The notes: a model not told the origin generated them from the letters alone. A stretch of 64,000 nucleotides of DNA from Octopus sinensis (GCF_006345805.1 NC_042999.1:47740001-47804000), one strand, 5' to 3'. Shown: positions 1 through 12,055, counted from the first letter of the stretch. Numbers and translations are program-made.

Positions 1-40
<40 letters not shown>

Positions 41-115
41 TTAATAATAATAATAATAATGATAATAATAATAATAATATTAATAATAATAACAGTAATA
101 GTAATAATGATAATA

Positions 116-151
<36 letters not shown>

Positions 152-187
152 TTAATAATAATAACAGTAATAGTAATAATGATAATA

Positions 188-232
<45 letters not shown>

Positions 233-298
233 TAATAATAATAAATAATAATAATAATATAATAATAATAATAGTAATAATTATAATAATGATAATTC
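1..298. repeat. (AAT)n compound microsatellite
   Basis: AAT triplets interrupted by AACAGTAATAGTAATAATGAT variants at 91 and 163. Confidence 0.95.
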
Positions 299-327
299 AT
301 ATTATCTCTGGCTGCCCAGCCGTGGAT

Positions 328-930
328 AGAAGGAATATATTCACAGACACGACAGAGTTGGGACCTACATACAGTGGAACCTATGTCAACATTATGGAAG
401 ATAGTATTAAAAGATAGTATAGGCACACACCAGAAAAAGTCACAGAAAACGAGAAAGCAACTATACTCTGGGATATGCAAATACACACAGGTAGAGAAAT
501 TAAGGTCAATAGGCAGATATAGTTGTTAGAGATCATGAAGAAAACAAATGCTTTCTAATTGATGTATCAATACCATCAGACGACAACATGTCTCTAAAGG
601 AAATGGAGAACTTTCAAAATACAAAGACCTCGAAATAGCGGTAATTCCAATGTAGAATCTAAAAACAGAAACAATCCGTATCATAGTAGGCGCATTAGGT
701 ATGATGAAAAAATATTCAGGCAAATCTACAACAAAAACACCAGGACTTACAAATATATATAGCATAGAGAAAATTGCACTACTGGACACTGCACACATCC
801 TACACAAAACTCTTTCAATGGAGTAAAAATAAGAGCATCACAACAAATCACAGCACATACCCAAGGCACACACAGCTTCGATCGGTAGTGAAGTGAAAGC
901 ACGCTATAAAAATAAAACTACTGAATCATG
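328..930 (+). mobile_element. 3' fragment of R4/Dong-like non-LTR retrotransposon (restriction-like endonuclease domain, decayed)
   Basis: Manual translation across frameshifts gives YIHRHDRVGTYIQW..TPEKVTENEKATILWDMQIHT..IVVRDHEENKCFLIDVSIPSD..KYKDLEI..IIVGALG. This parallels the C-terminus of the element at 50.0-50.5 kb. Ends TAA 824-826, then a short UTR and an (AAT)n tract. Confidence 0.85.
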
Positions 931-937
931 TTGAGGA

Positions 938-966
938 TGATAATAATAATAATGACAATAATAATA

Positions 967-1000
<34 letters not shown>

Positions 1001-1072
1001 TAATAATAATATAATAATGATAATAATAATAATAATATTAATAATAATAACAGTAATAGTAATAATGATATA

Positions 1073-1103
<31 letters not shown>

Positions 1104-1141
1104 TATTAATAATAATAACAGTAATAGTAATAATGATAATA

Positions 1142-1187
<46 letters not shown>

Positions 1188-1227
1188 TAATAATAAGAAG
1201 AAGACTAATAATAATGATGATAATAAT
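938..1227. repeat. (AAT)n compound microsatellite, near copy of 40-240
   Basis: Same diagnostic AACAGTAATAGTAATAATGAT variants at 1049 and 1117. Confidence 0.9.
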
Positions 1228-1252
1228 CATGATATATATACACACACATATA

Positions 1253-1590
1253 TTCTTTTAATGTTGCGTGTTTCAGTCACATGACTCCGACCATACTGGA
1301 GCACCACCTTAAAGACTTTTAGTATTACACATACTGAAACTGCTACTATACAGGTACGTAAATACACCAATATCGGTTGTAAAGCGACGGTGGTGGGACA
1401 AACACAGTCACACGCACACATAAATATATATGTGTGTGTGTATGCGTGTGTGTTATGCGACGGGCTTCTTTCAGTGTTCGTCTACCAAAGCCTCTCACAA
1501 GTCTTGGGTCACCCGAGGCTACAGTAACATTCGACTGAACTCGGAACCATACGGTTGGGAAGCAAGATTCTTACCACAATTCCATGCTCC
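1253..1590 (-). mobile_element. tRNA-derived SINE family 1 (diverged copy)
   Basis: Same head, central microsatellite and tail (..GGTGCTCCAGTATGG..GACTGAAAC) as the clean copy at 15512-15903. Confidence 0.75.
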
Positions 1591-1624
<34 letters not shown>

Positions 1625-1683
1625 ATATATATGTATGTATATGTATATATATATACACACACACATATATACACATATACAGA

Positions 1684-1718
<35 letters not shown>

Positions 1719-1745
1719 GTATATATATATATATTATATATATAT

Positions 1746-1808
<63 letters not shown>

Positions 1809-1835
1809 GTATGTATATGTATATATATATATACA
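1591..1835. repeat. (TA)n/(TATG)n/(CA)n microsatellite block
   Basis: Direct reading; source of spurious YI-rich ORFs. Many similar blocks occur, e.g. 2140-2270, 3670-3835, 9130-9185, 14150-14235, 17557-17729, 21475-21705, 25470-25590, 35860-35995, 36770-36945, 44580-45000, 53010-53240, 55000-55090. Confidence 0.95.
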
Positions 1836-2177
1836 GAGAGAATTTGAGAATTAAATATCTAAAAACCAACAGAATATATTTATGTATTCCCAAAACTTAT
1901 TTTGGACCAATTACGAATGAGCGTGTAAAATACAAAAAAAAAGAAAAAATGTGACAGGCATAAGTATCCTGTAATGATATTTCTGTTTATTTTTTTAATA
2001 TTTATGCATCATCATTTATTTATATGTAGATAGATGTCGTAATTGGGCATTTATTTATTTAGCCCCATTGATAAAAATCGATACCTACCGTAGCTCCAAT
2101 ATTGATTTGGCAGACAAATACTATAGAATGCTATACACACAGACACACACATACACACACACACACACACATACACA

Positions 2178-2273
<96 letters not shown>

Positions 2274-2282
2274 GCATATACA

Positions 2283-2452
2283 TGTATTGTCCCCACCACT
2301 GTCACTTGACACCTGATATTGGCGTGTCTACGTCCTCATAAAAGAGACGGAAGAGTAAGTAGTAGGCTTACAAAGAGTAAGTCGTGGGGTCGATTTGTTC
2401 GTTTAAAGACGGTGCTCCAGCATCTTTGCAGTCAAATGTCTGAAACAAATAC
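2283..2452 (+). mobile_element. SINE family 1, 3' half
   Basis: ..AAGTAGTAGGCTTACAAAGAGTAAGTCGTGGGGTCGATTTGTTCG..GGTGCTCCAGCAT..CAGTCAAATGTCTGAAAC matches the family tail. Confidence 0.75.
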
Positions 2453-2516
2453 AACAAATAAACGAAATATATATATAAATATATAAGTATGTATGTGTTG
2501 TGTACGTAAACATTAC

Positions 2517-3093
2517 TATGCGGCGAGGCAGCCTGCTGCCCGCCCTTTAATTATTTTCACTATATACTGAACTTTCCAGAAGTTCCTGACGATAAATTTG
2601 TCATATTTACATACCGGAATTTTACCGGTAAATAATTGTTGGTTATATGAAAAACCACTGAAAAATTATTTACCATTTTTATTGTATTACCATGTGGACT
2701 TCTTATTCCATTGCGATCGGCCCGGCGGCGCACACGGCAGAATTTTTGGAGGGAAAATTTACGTTCTCAGTCATTACTTAGTTTTAACATATGCACACCT
2801 CCCCCACTATCTGATGTCGCTTGGTCAGAAGTGAGGGCTTGTGGCATTTGCTAAATCTATCGAATATGGTGTTGATAAAGGAAATCAAGCTATTTTCGTG
2901 CTTGTGATCTAGAAACATGTTCATCATTAACGGTAAGAGATTGGTTTCGTTTATTTGCTACTCCGTTTTTTGCGTATGTGAATCGCAGGGTTCGTCGTAT
3001 TTGGAAAATCCACTTATAGAAAATGGAAAAAACAGTCTTTGACTGCCATTTCTAATTCCTCCGGTATGCGGCGAGGCAGCCTGCTGCCCGCCC

Positions 3094-3102
<9 letters not shown>
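2517..3102 (+). mobile_element. 548-bp unit with 38-bp terminal direct repeat and decayed hammerhead (retrozyme-like)
   Basis: TATGCGGCGAGGCAGCCTGCTGCCCGCCCTTTAATTAT is identical at 2517-2554 and 3065-3102. Decayed hammerhead at 2866-2927. Confidence 0.6.
2866..2927 (+). ncRNA. Decayed type I hammerhead ribozyme
   Basis: Stem I ATGGTG/CATCAT. Core TTGATAA (consensus CTGANGA). Stem II includes ATCAAGC/GCTTGTGAT. GAAA at 2912, palindromic stem III ACATGT. Core mutations probably inactivate it. Confidence 0.55.
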
Positions 3103-3139
<37 letters not shown>

Positions 3140-3148
<9 letters not shown>

Positions 3149-3664
3149 CAAAATAAAAACATGATGCAAAGGATTTAGTGGTACATATGTTTCTGGCTTT
3201 TATTAGACGGTTTATATCAATGCATAAGTGATGTTATTTGTATGTCAATAGCCTTCTTCAGCCGCGTACAATTACTACTTCAAGGACACATATTACATTA
3301 TAAGTTTTGGAAAAAGGCGATTTACGTTTGGGATGCGAGTCCTCATAGTCGTGTACAACAGAGCGAGGCACCAAAACAAAACCAAAGCGTCCATCCTCGA
3401 TGTAGAATGAGGAGATTGGATGTTGAGATAGAGAGGGAAGGAGTTTGGGGGGAATCTTAAATGTGTTAGGGAACACAAAGGGGGAGAGTAGTAGGTGCAA
3501 AATGTAGTAAAAGAGTAAAAAATTAAAAAAAGAGTAAAAATTAAAAAATATTAAAAAAATATAAGAATTACATCAATTATGCATTGATATAAACCGTCTA
3601 ATAAAAGCCAGAAACATATGTACCGCTAAATCCTCTGCATCATGTTTTTATTTTGATGAATATA
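3140..3664. repeat. 95-bp inverted repeat (3140-3234 / 3570-3664), Penelope pLTR-like
   Basis: Arms differ at 4 positions by eye and carry the 3' half of a hammerhead (AGCCAGAAACATATGTACC). Confidence 0.85.
3178..3265 (-). ncRNA. Hammerhead ribozyme with long stem II insertion (imperfect)
   Basis: Minus strand reads GCGG-CTGAAGA-A-GGCT..~50 nt..AGCC-A-GAAA-CATATG-TA|CCAC. The right-arm copy has CCGC, which pairs fully with GCGG. Confidence 0.6.
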
Positions 3665-3731
3665 CTCTATCACCTACACCACTAAATGGCATATACAGGT
3701 GCTTACAATTATCAAGTATTCACCCTGAATT

Positions 3732-3836
<105 letters not shown>

Positions 3837-4639
3837 CGTACCTATACAGGCGTATATACATGAGCATGTATATATCTATGAATGCATATACGCTGTCAGC
3901 TTTTGCTTAGATGTATACAATACGACAAAAGCAGCTGCATATAATTTTTCTCTATCGATGTCTGCATATGACAATTTCTACACCTTTTATGTGGGCGTTT
4001 TTCGTTATTTTGCTCGCAATTTTATATCTGTGCGTTTTGCACACTTCTTGGTATATATTACTCGGATTGTTGTCATTCATTCTTTACGTGCATTAGTTAA
4101 TTAGTAAGTTTTGTGAATTCAATACGTACCCTAGAATTAGATAAACATGCATTGGCAGTCTTACATTATTTTGGTGGCTTCGATAGTATATAGAACCTGC
4201 CCATGTGCGAGAGGCCTTGATATAAAGACCTTGTAAATATTAAATATTTTCTCTTAATTTATATTTATTCGAAAATATCAATATTATGTATTTTCTTTTC
4301 TTTTATATTTATCAAAAATATCAACGAATAGAATATCATAAAACAGTATCATAAAACACATGCATTTACAATATATGCACAACTGTCCAGGAAGGAACAC
4401 CCTTTATATGCTTCTTCCAATTGTTATCGCACTTCTGTAGCTTGGATTTCAGGTCGTCTTTTGGTGAGTTTATGTAAGTTTTTCACTTTAGCTTACCCAT
4501 GCTTTTTATTGTATACTAAACTATTGCTATCTAAAGGGTATTTCTTAAATTAGTTACTTTCAAATATCTTGTCCGTTGTCTTCTAAAATTCCTGGATCAC
4601 TGCTTCACTTATAATCATGATGTTTGATATTTTGGCATA

Positions 4640-5000
4640 AAAGTAAGTTACTTCTAGATTAATTTCCCACTTTTTTTTACTCTATCGTTACTTTTCATGG
4701 GGGATACAGATAAAGACGCCGTGAACGCACACACTATTTAATAAACAATTATTTAAATAATTAAAGCAGTAAATATACTAAATTAATAATTATCTAATTT
4801 GAATAGACTTACACTTTGCAAATATGATTTTAAACATACCTCAATGAATGGCATAACTCTCCGGCTCCCAAGCAGAGCCCAAGCGGTCATTTCTAACGTT
4901 GTCTGTATAACATTCTCTGTAATAAATATTCTATTCGTTGATACGTTCTTACTTTATATCCATTGCAAGTGACTGCTAATTATAAGCAAATCGAAAGTGG
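4640..5000 (+). pseudogene. Possible highly decayed Penelope-like RT fragment
   Basis: Broken segments resembling RT motifs (..MNGIT../..FVDTFLL); many stops; weak. Confidence 0.25.
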
Positions 5001-5438
5001 AATTAGTCTACGCGTCAACTAATTTCTAATTAGTTACTGAAAACTGTTAGAAAATAATTTTTTTGGTTATATAACTTAAATAATTTTTGTGAGATTTATG
5101 TGCGTCTTGATAGGATCTAAATCGGTCTTAATATTTATTCTTGTTTCTACCTTGACGTCTTTCCAGATAGCGGACACTTGAAATATTTTCATTTTTACAG
5201 TAAGACGCAAGTAAAAAAATTACCTAGAATCGCTGTAGGTTATAGATGTTTTGCATATTCCAATCTATTTCTATGTATTCTTCAGGACGATTGCGGTTTA
5301 TGACATTGCTTCGAATGAGCTTAAACACTAGGACACGAAGCCAGTAATCCATATGTTCCAGAATGTTAATTTTATAAAACCTATGTATACATACAATATT
5401 TGAGTTCATTTATTTCAAACAGATTAACATTCTCTTAT

Positions 5439-5825
5439 GGTGGAAGCACTCCGTCGGTTACGACGATGAGAGTTCCGGTTGATCCGAATCAACGGAACAG
5501 CCTGCTCGTGAAATTAACGTGTAAGTGGCTGAGCACTCCACAGACACGTGTACCTTTAACGTAGTTCTCGGGGATATTCAGCGTGACACAGAGAGTGACA
5601 AGGCCGGCCCTTTGAAATACAGGTACAACAGAAACAGGAAGTAAGAGTGAGAGAAAGTTGTGGTGAAAGGGTACAGCAGGGATCACCACCATCCCCTGCC
5701 AGAGCATCGTGGAGCTTTAGGTGTTTTCGCTCAATAAACACTCACAACGCCCGGTCTGGGAATCGAAACCGCGATCCTATGACCGCGAGTCCACTGCCCT
5801 AACCACTGGGCCATTGCGCCTCCAC
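5439..5825 (-). mobile_element. tRNA-derived SINE family 2 (tail type A), full length with 11-bp TSD
   Basis: Minus head GTGGAGGCGCAATGGCCCAGTGGTTAGGG..GGTTTCGATTCCC with A/B-box-like motifs. TSD CATTCTCTTAT at 5428-5438 and 5827-5837. Confidence 0.9.
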
Positions 5826-6699
5826 TCATTCTCTTATATATGCCCAATTAAACACAATATAATCAAACACACAGATACGTGAGTTAATATTGAGATTGAA
5901 TATTCACAATTATGAAACCGCGAATATTACTCTTGAAAATAATACTCAAAACCGTTCTTTATGTTGCTGAGGTTTCTAATGAGTTTTAGTCATTCCGTAA
6001 CTTATGATGTCGAAAAAGACGTGCTTTTTCTCTGCCCAGCCCGCATTTTCACCCATGCACACGAACATGAACACACTCTACGCACAGTTATGTTTAAGTA
6101 TATATATATATATATATATGAGTACACACATATGCATTCATAGGTAAGTATTCACATACATATGCGCATTTATATTTAAAATTTTAAATGAAATTTACAT
6201 TCCTGAGTGGGAATGAAATTAAAATAATATTCAGACATATCGTGATATACTCTTCTCTCTTTGAAATTCTATTACCTTCATGTTCACCGGTGCAATTTTT
6301 AAATAACTGGACCCCATCATAATATATTTCATATATTTGTATAAATGTAATTATTTCTCAAATTTACAAAAGTCAACCTTATAAGAGTTTCTTTTTACAG
6401 TCAGTTGAAACACCCACCGATATGTATTTTCGTCAATCTAAAATTATAGAAGAGGTAAATCAAATATGATTGATTGTGAACATAAAAGACGTACGTAATT
6501 ATCATATTATTGATTTTTTAACGATATTGTTTTCTAAAGTATTATTGATTTTTACCATTTCCTCATACCAACACTTTTTCGGAGATGTAATTTAGTATTT
6601 TAAGTGTTTTTGATGTAATGAACCAGAGTACTCTTTTTTCTTTTTTGTTTTATCATACGAGCGAGTAAAATATACGTTTTCAACCTTGTCCGGTTGTGA

Positions 6700-7425
6700 A
6701 ATGTTTGTCGCATGAGAATTCCGGGCCCCAGTAATGAACTCATTTGCATACAGCCAACCAGATCTCACCTTGACATTATTGCCATACCATTCTTGAATGT
6801 GTTAAAAACAACCAATCTCTTGGTAAAGCACAATTAGCAAGTAAACTCAAGACGAAGAACGATGTTCTAAGTCGACCGTTCGCCAAGATATACCTGGTTT
6901 TAGGAGACAAGTAATTAGATAGATTTGCGTCTATACTAATTATCGGATTTTGTTAGGGCCCCTTATAGTAAGGATGTGGATGTGGAAAAAGGGCAGAAGG
7001 TTATGTGCCCTCCTCTTATTGTTTTACAACGTAAACAACAGCAGAATTAACTACACAGAGGCAACCATGGTTGAAACAAGAACAAGAACAACCAGCATTA
7101 GTAAAAGAGAAAAGAAGCGTGGCTATTGCTTACCCAAGTGAACTTATCTTATCGCCCATCAATTGTTATGCACTTATAAATTTTTTAATAGTTGAACTTT
7201 GATTGGCTGTATGCAAATATGTTCATAACTGGGGTCCGGAACTTTCGTGGGAAAAAAATTTTCACGGCCCGGTCTGTCAAAGTCCCGACCATTGTTTCGT
7301 AGTCACGCCGTGTCACCACCATAGTTAATTAAATTAGTTTGATAGTTGATCTCTGATTGGCTCTATGCAAATAAGTTCATAACTGGGGTCCGGAACTTTC
7401 GTGGGAAAAAAATTTCGCGGCCCGT
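6700..7425. mobile_element. Putative non-autonomous DNA transposon with imperfect TIRs and a duplicated right end
   Basis: 6718-6765 is an inverted match to ~7345-7400. ~7180-7270 and ~7337-7424 are direct copies. Confidence 0.5.
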
Positions 7426-7639
7426 TTAAAGTTGATTTTTATACTTGTGTGAGCAATCTTTCCTAGAAAATTCGTTCATCAGTACAACAAAGTTTCTATC
7501 ATTTTGTCCTCCTAATAGAACAGCATTGCTACCATTGGCATAAACACACCGATACTAGTAGAGCGAGAATGTACTGTTAGACCGAGAAGAAACTGGTAGA
7601 GCGAGTAACTTAATTTTTAAGTTATTATCTTAGCTGCGA

Positions 7640-7920
7640 AAATGGTAACCTACTTGGACGATGTTTATATTGAAGCCTGTTCACAAATGATATCGTGGAT
7701 ATTATCTAAAGCGCATAATAACGGTATTTATTAGGAAACCCCGTTTATCACACACCTTGCGCGTTACATGCGAGCAAACATGCACTGTAACATAGTCAGG
7801 TCTACTGTATCTTTAAATTATTCATATGCCCAACCTGAATGTTGTCAGAAAAATACAGTTAAACGCATTCTAACCAAGGCCTACAACATCGCCTTTAACA
7901 CTTGTTGCCACATACCTACA
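7640..7920 (+). pseudogene. Decayed Penelope-like RT C-terminal fragment
   Basis: ..TYLDDV.. followed by VSLNYSYAQPECCQKNTVKRILTKAYNIAF, resembling the Penelope RT thumb region (recalled consensus). Confidence 0.45.
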
Positions 7921-9126
7921 CAACTCACTAACCATTATGTTACTTTTTATATGTTATTTGTCGTACGGTCCTGCAATCCCACCAAAAAATAATTAACTAG
8001 CTATGGCTGTCTGGAAATATTACTGATAATAGCGTCTCTTTTAAACTAGACCAATGATTACATCTCCGTGTAAAAGATCGAAAGCCGGAGAAAGCACGAC
8101 AAATTTTATAGTGATGAGATTAAAAGGAATTAAGTGTAGCATGTAAAGAAATATGTCAAAATACTATAAGGCATTCTATCTTGCAGACTAGAGTTACTAT
8201 TTTCTAGTGATTAGTGAATTGTGATATTTTTAGCCGAGGCAGGTCAAAATACACCGGTTTGAATTTTTACAGCGGCCACAAGTAGCCCTAGTGGATATCT
8301 CCTTAATCTACCTTAAGTTTCGAAATAGAGGTTCCAAGTTCTAGATCAGTCTTATTATCAATAAATGCCAAAGAAGTTATTTTAGGAAAATCGATGACCA
8401 AGCCAGTCGAAATATACGTAGCCGTAAATATTAATACATTTTTCTCTTCTAAAGATGAAGTCGTAACCATAAAAATTGTTATCATGTTAACAATAATTAA
8501 TCTTAGTCATTTAATATTTCACACGCGCGCGCATGCAACACTTACACATATATAGATATATGTTCAAAAGTTACATACAAATACATATGTCTGGGTGTAT
8601 TTCTAAACTTCTTGGTTGTAGCTCTTCCGGCTGTCTGCAATTTGTGATAAAAACACTGATGTCAACCTCGCTTTTATCTCAGCGTGGGCGTCAAAATGTT
8701 ACTATAAAGTCGATTTTTCTTCACTTGATTTCTCTCTCTCTCTTTCTCTTTCATTCTCACTATCTCTTTCTTGCTCTTAAACACACATACACATATACAC
8801 TACGTGTCTCCTTTTCTCTCTTTATGTCTGCGATACATGCACAATCTCTTTTTTATTTTATTCTTTCTCTCACCCTCTCTGAATCTGTTATAAGAATTGT
8901 TGTAAGAATTGAATTATGAGGAACACTACAAGTTTCAAAAAAACTGAGCAGTCGGCCTCCAACCGCTCCTCAGGCAGCAAATGTATATGCTTTGGCACAT
9001 TTGAAGACCTGCCATTTGCATTTCAATACCCCTATAAGTGTGACTTATTCGCTCTCTCTCTCTTTCTCTCATTTTATTTGTCTCTCTCTGTCTCTGTCTG
9101 TCTATCTGTCTGTCTCTCTCTCTTTC

Positions 9127-9191
<65 letters not shown>

Positions 9192-9192
9192 A

Positions 9193-9310
9193 TCTGCCGA
9201 GGTCGACTTTGCCTTCCATTCTTTTGGGTCGATAAATTAAGTACCAGTTACACACTGGGGTCGATGTAATCGACGTAATCCCTTTGTCTGTCCTTGTTTG
9301 CCCCCTCTTT
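9193..9310 (+). mobile_element. SINE family 3, 3' part
   Basis: GCCGAGGTCGACTTTGCCTTCCATTCTTTTGGGTCGATAAATTAAGTACCAG matches copies at 34.2, 39.8 and 55.9 kb. Confidence 0.8.
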
Positions 9311-9493
9311 GTTTAGACCATTGTGGGTAATAAAGAAACATATATATATATATTTATATACAGGAAACAATTTTACGAAATGCATAAATACATGATGAGT
9401 AAAGCAACGACATAGGTATAGGTTACATGTTGTTATCCGTAGATTTATTCCAAGAACTTTGAAATGGTAGTTGGGGTAATGATATTAATCAAA

Positions 9494-9817
9494 TAGGAGA
9501 GCAGACTGTGTATTAGATTTTATTGAGTTCAGCACGTTTCGAAACTTCGTTCGGGTTCTCTTCAGGTACACATGTAAGAAAGTCGCACTAGAGATTTCTT
9601 CTGTCGGCTTCCTTACCGCTCGCTGTCTGTCAATCATATTCGAGAATCAATAAAGCCTTTTATTAATTCTTGAATTCCATGGATATATAGCAGTAAGTAA
9701 GCCGACACAAGAAATCTCTAGTACGACTTTATTCATTAATGCATCCGAAGAGACCCAGAACGACGGGCTGAAACAATTGTTGTACTCAATAAAGTCCAAT
9801 ATACATTCCATCTCCTA
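9494..9817. repeat. Diverged inverted repeat (9494-9620 / 9689-9817) with a hammerhead remnant in each arm
   Basis: Arms align at roughly three-quarters identity by eye. Minus strand: GTAC-CTGAAGA-GAAC..GTTTC-GAAACGT. Plus strand: CCGAAGA-GACCC..GGGCT-GAAA-CAATTG-TT|GTAC followed by AATAAA. Confidence 0.7.
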
Positions 9818-9825
9818 ATTTACTA

Positions 9826-9851
9826 ATATAATGATAATAATAATAATAATA

Positions 9852-9908
<57 letters not shown>
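9826..9908. repeat. (AAT)n microsatellite
   Basis: Direct reading. Confidence 0.95.
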
Positions 9909-9910
<2 letters not shown>

Positions 9911-10045
9911 CAGTACCAGGCAGTGGCTTTCGAGGCTTGTGATCTTAACTGATTGGAAGTGATATCGTGTACATTGTTTTGTCTTGGTATAAAAGCTGGG
10001 TTGAAGCAACTATTCTGCTCAATACCACAGACTTCTTGCGGCTTT
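9909..10045 (+). mobile_element. Fragment of the TAA-associated non-coding repeat also at 12100-12655
   Basis: GCAGTACCAGGCAGTGGC..GATCTTAACTGATTGG..CATTGTTTTGTCTTGGTATAAAAG is the reverse complement of ~12510-12645. Confidence 0.8.
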
Positions 10046-12055
10046 TTCTCCATTCTTGTACCTCAGAGATAAGATTCTAATTTTATAATTAAAAAAAAAA
10101 GCCCACATGATTAATGTTATTCCGACTGCTATGCTGATGTCATATTATTACATCAGCATAAGTAGGAGAATGATCATATCCAACAAATGAATTTCGTCGC
10201 ATACTTTGCATAAAGACGTCTTTTGAAGTGTTCTAACGAATCGATGGCTTTTATAATTCACCAAATAAAGCCGAAACAGAATATGATAATAATTCTCAGA
10301 TATCTAAGATATCTGTATAGAATTACGTGTATATTATCAAAGTGATCTTCTTCCGCCCAAGAGAATATTCTGTTATATGAATAATGGAAATGATATAATT
10401 ATGGAAATTTCGGCAATCACATAAATTAATATAATAGCCTACAAGTGAACATGATAATATGCTAGTAATAAGCACAACTGAGATTTTTTTTTAAAATTAG
10501 GAATTTGTTTTGCATATTCTATTAATTTTAAAAGAAGCATTTAAATATCTACTATATTGTGTGGCTACATAGCTCGCTATCGTAAAGTAGTAATTAATAA
10601 ACACCACATTAAACAACTTGTATGAAATTTTAGATATGATACAAGACAAGATTGTCACTTTGTATCTCCAGACCTCAACAATTCATTATCAAATGCTTGA
10701 CATCGGTAGTCTGAATCGTAATGAGCGAAGATATGGTATTTCGAACAAATATATTGAAGAAAAGCCTTTACTTTACGTCATATAACAAAGAGTGTGTGGA
10801 TAATGAACCTTGTGTTGATTCGTTATCAATGAAAGTTTTTCGATAAGGTTAGCAACCAATACTTGGCAATTTCTCACCTATCTTCAGTACCTCAATTTAC
10901 AGATACATATACTAGGTTGTGGCACGAAACAAAATCTATCAGTAAAATGGACATGCATATCGGCAGGATCAACCCATGCCACAGCATCTTTGGATGGCAG
11001 GTAGAAGTATCAGTTAAGACTGCTTCAAGTGTGGTTTGGTCTAGATTTCCAAGTCAAGAAGAACGAGTACGATGTGACGAGTATGATGACCACTCTCACA
11101 CGGAAAACTGCCACTGTCACCTATTGTCACTAGACTGCCGTGCGACCCCAATTTCAAGTCTGATCTGACGGAGGTATCTGCTCCTCATTTCTCAAGGATG
11201 CTACACATCACATTGATCACGAGTTTATCAGCTTACACTTCACGGGAAAAGTAGCCTATCATGGCCGATGATGCGGGGTCCTGAACCGAAGACTTTGATA
11301 CCTTTACAGTGAAAAGTTGTGGTGCCGTGTGTCACAAGCGGTTTTTTTTTTGCAGATCCTCTCTGTCACAGGCCTGCAGACCTTGAAAAAGCAAAGAACC
11401 GAGACAGGGTACTTTGCATACGAAATATAATTGAGTAAACACCTCAAAAACTATCTATATTAGGTACACAATAAGTCTAGTTGAAATACCAATTTGGTGT
11501 TCTATTGGGGAATAGTTGCGTGCAAAGCACCGATTTCACGGGGAAAATCAGACCGGTGATTGACGTCAAGGAGTTGGTGATTCTCGGAAGACTTTGATAG
11601 CGGAGCCTATTGATAATCTCCAGATGTCTCCGTCTTATCAGTAATCTCGGGGCCGTTAACGTTTCGAGATAAAATCTCCCTGTACGGAAAAGATGTGAGC
11701 ATGGCATCTATGCCCGAGCTACCTTGTGGTAATATGCTGAATAAATTCCTATCCTTTAGACTGAAAAGGCAGGCAATATCTATATCATCATCATCGTCGT
11801 CGTCGTCGTCGTTGTCGTGGTCATCGTAGTCTTCGTCGTTGTCGTCATTGTAGTCGTCATCATCATCATCATCATTATTACTACTGTTATTAATATTATT
11901 TTTCTGGCTGTTATTCATATTATTATATTATCAGGTATTTAAAAAAATCTCGTTCTGACTGTATGAAGAGGAGATGCTTAAGTATACTTAGACTCTGTGT
12001 ACTCACCTGCACTACCCTCGAAAATTTTTATCCTCCTGTGTAGTTACTAAAGAAG

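Noticed and set aside
5740-5825. tRNA genes (also at 15840-15903, 17480-17556, 39800-39890)
   Set aside because: tRNA-like heads of multi-copy SINEs; no acceptor stem or complete cloverleaf.
7445-7490. Hammerhead-like CTGATGA..GAAA on the minus strand
   Set aside because: No stem II and a mismatched stem I; compatible with chance.
10880-11110. Decayed Penelope-like RT (..NKIYQ*NG..GSTHA..)
   Set aside because: Similarity too fragmentary to call without a profile search.
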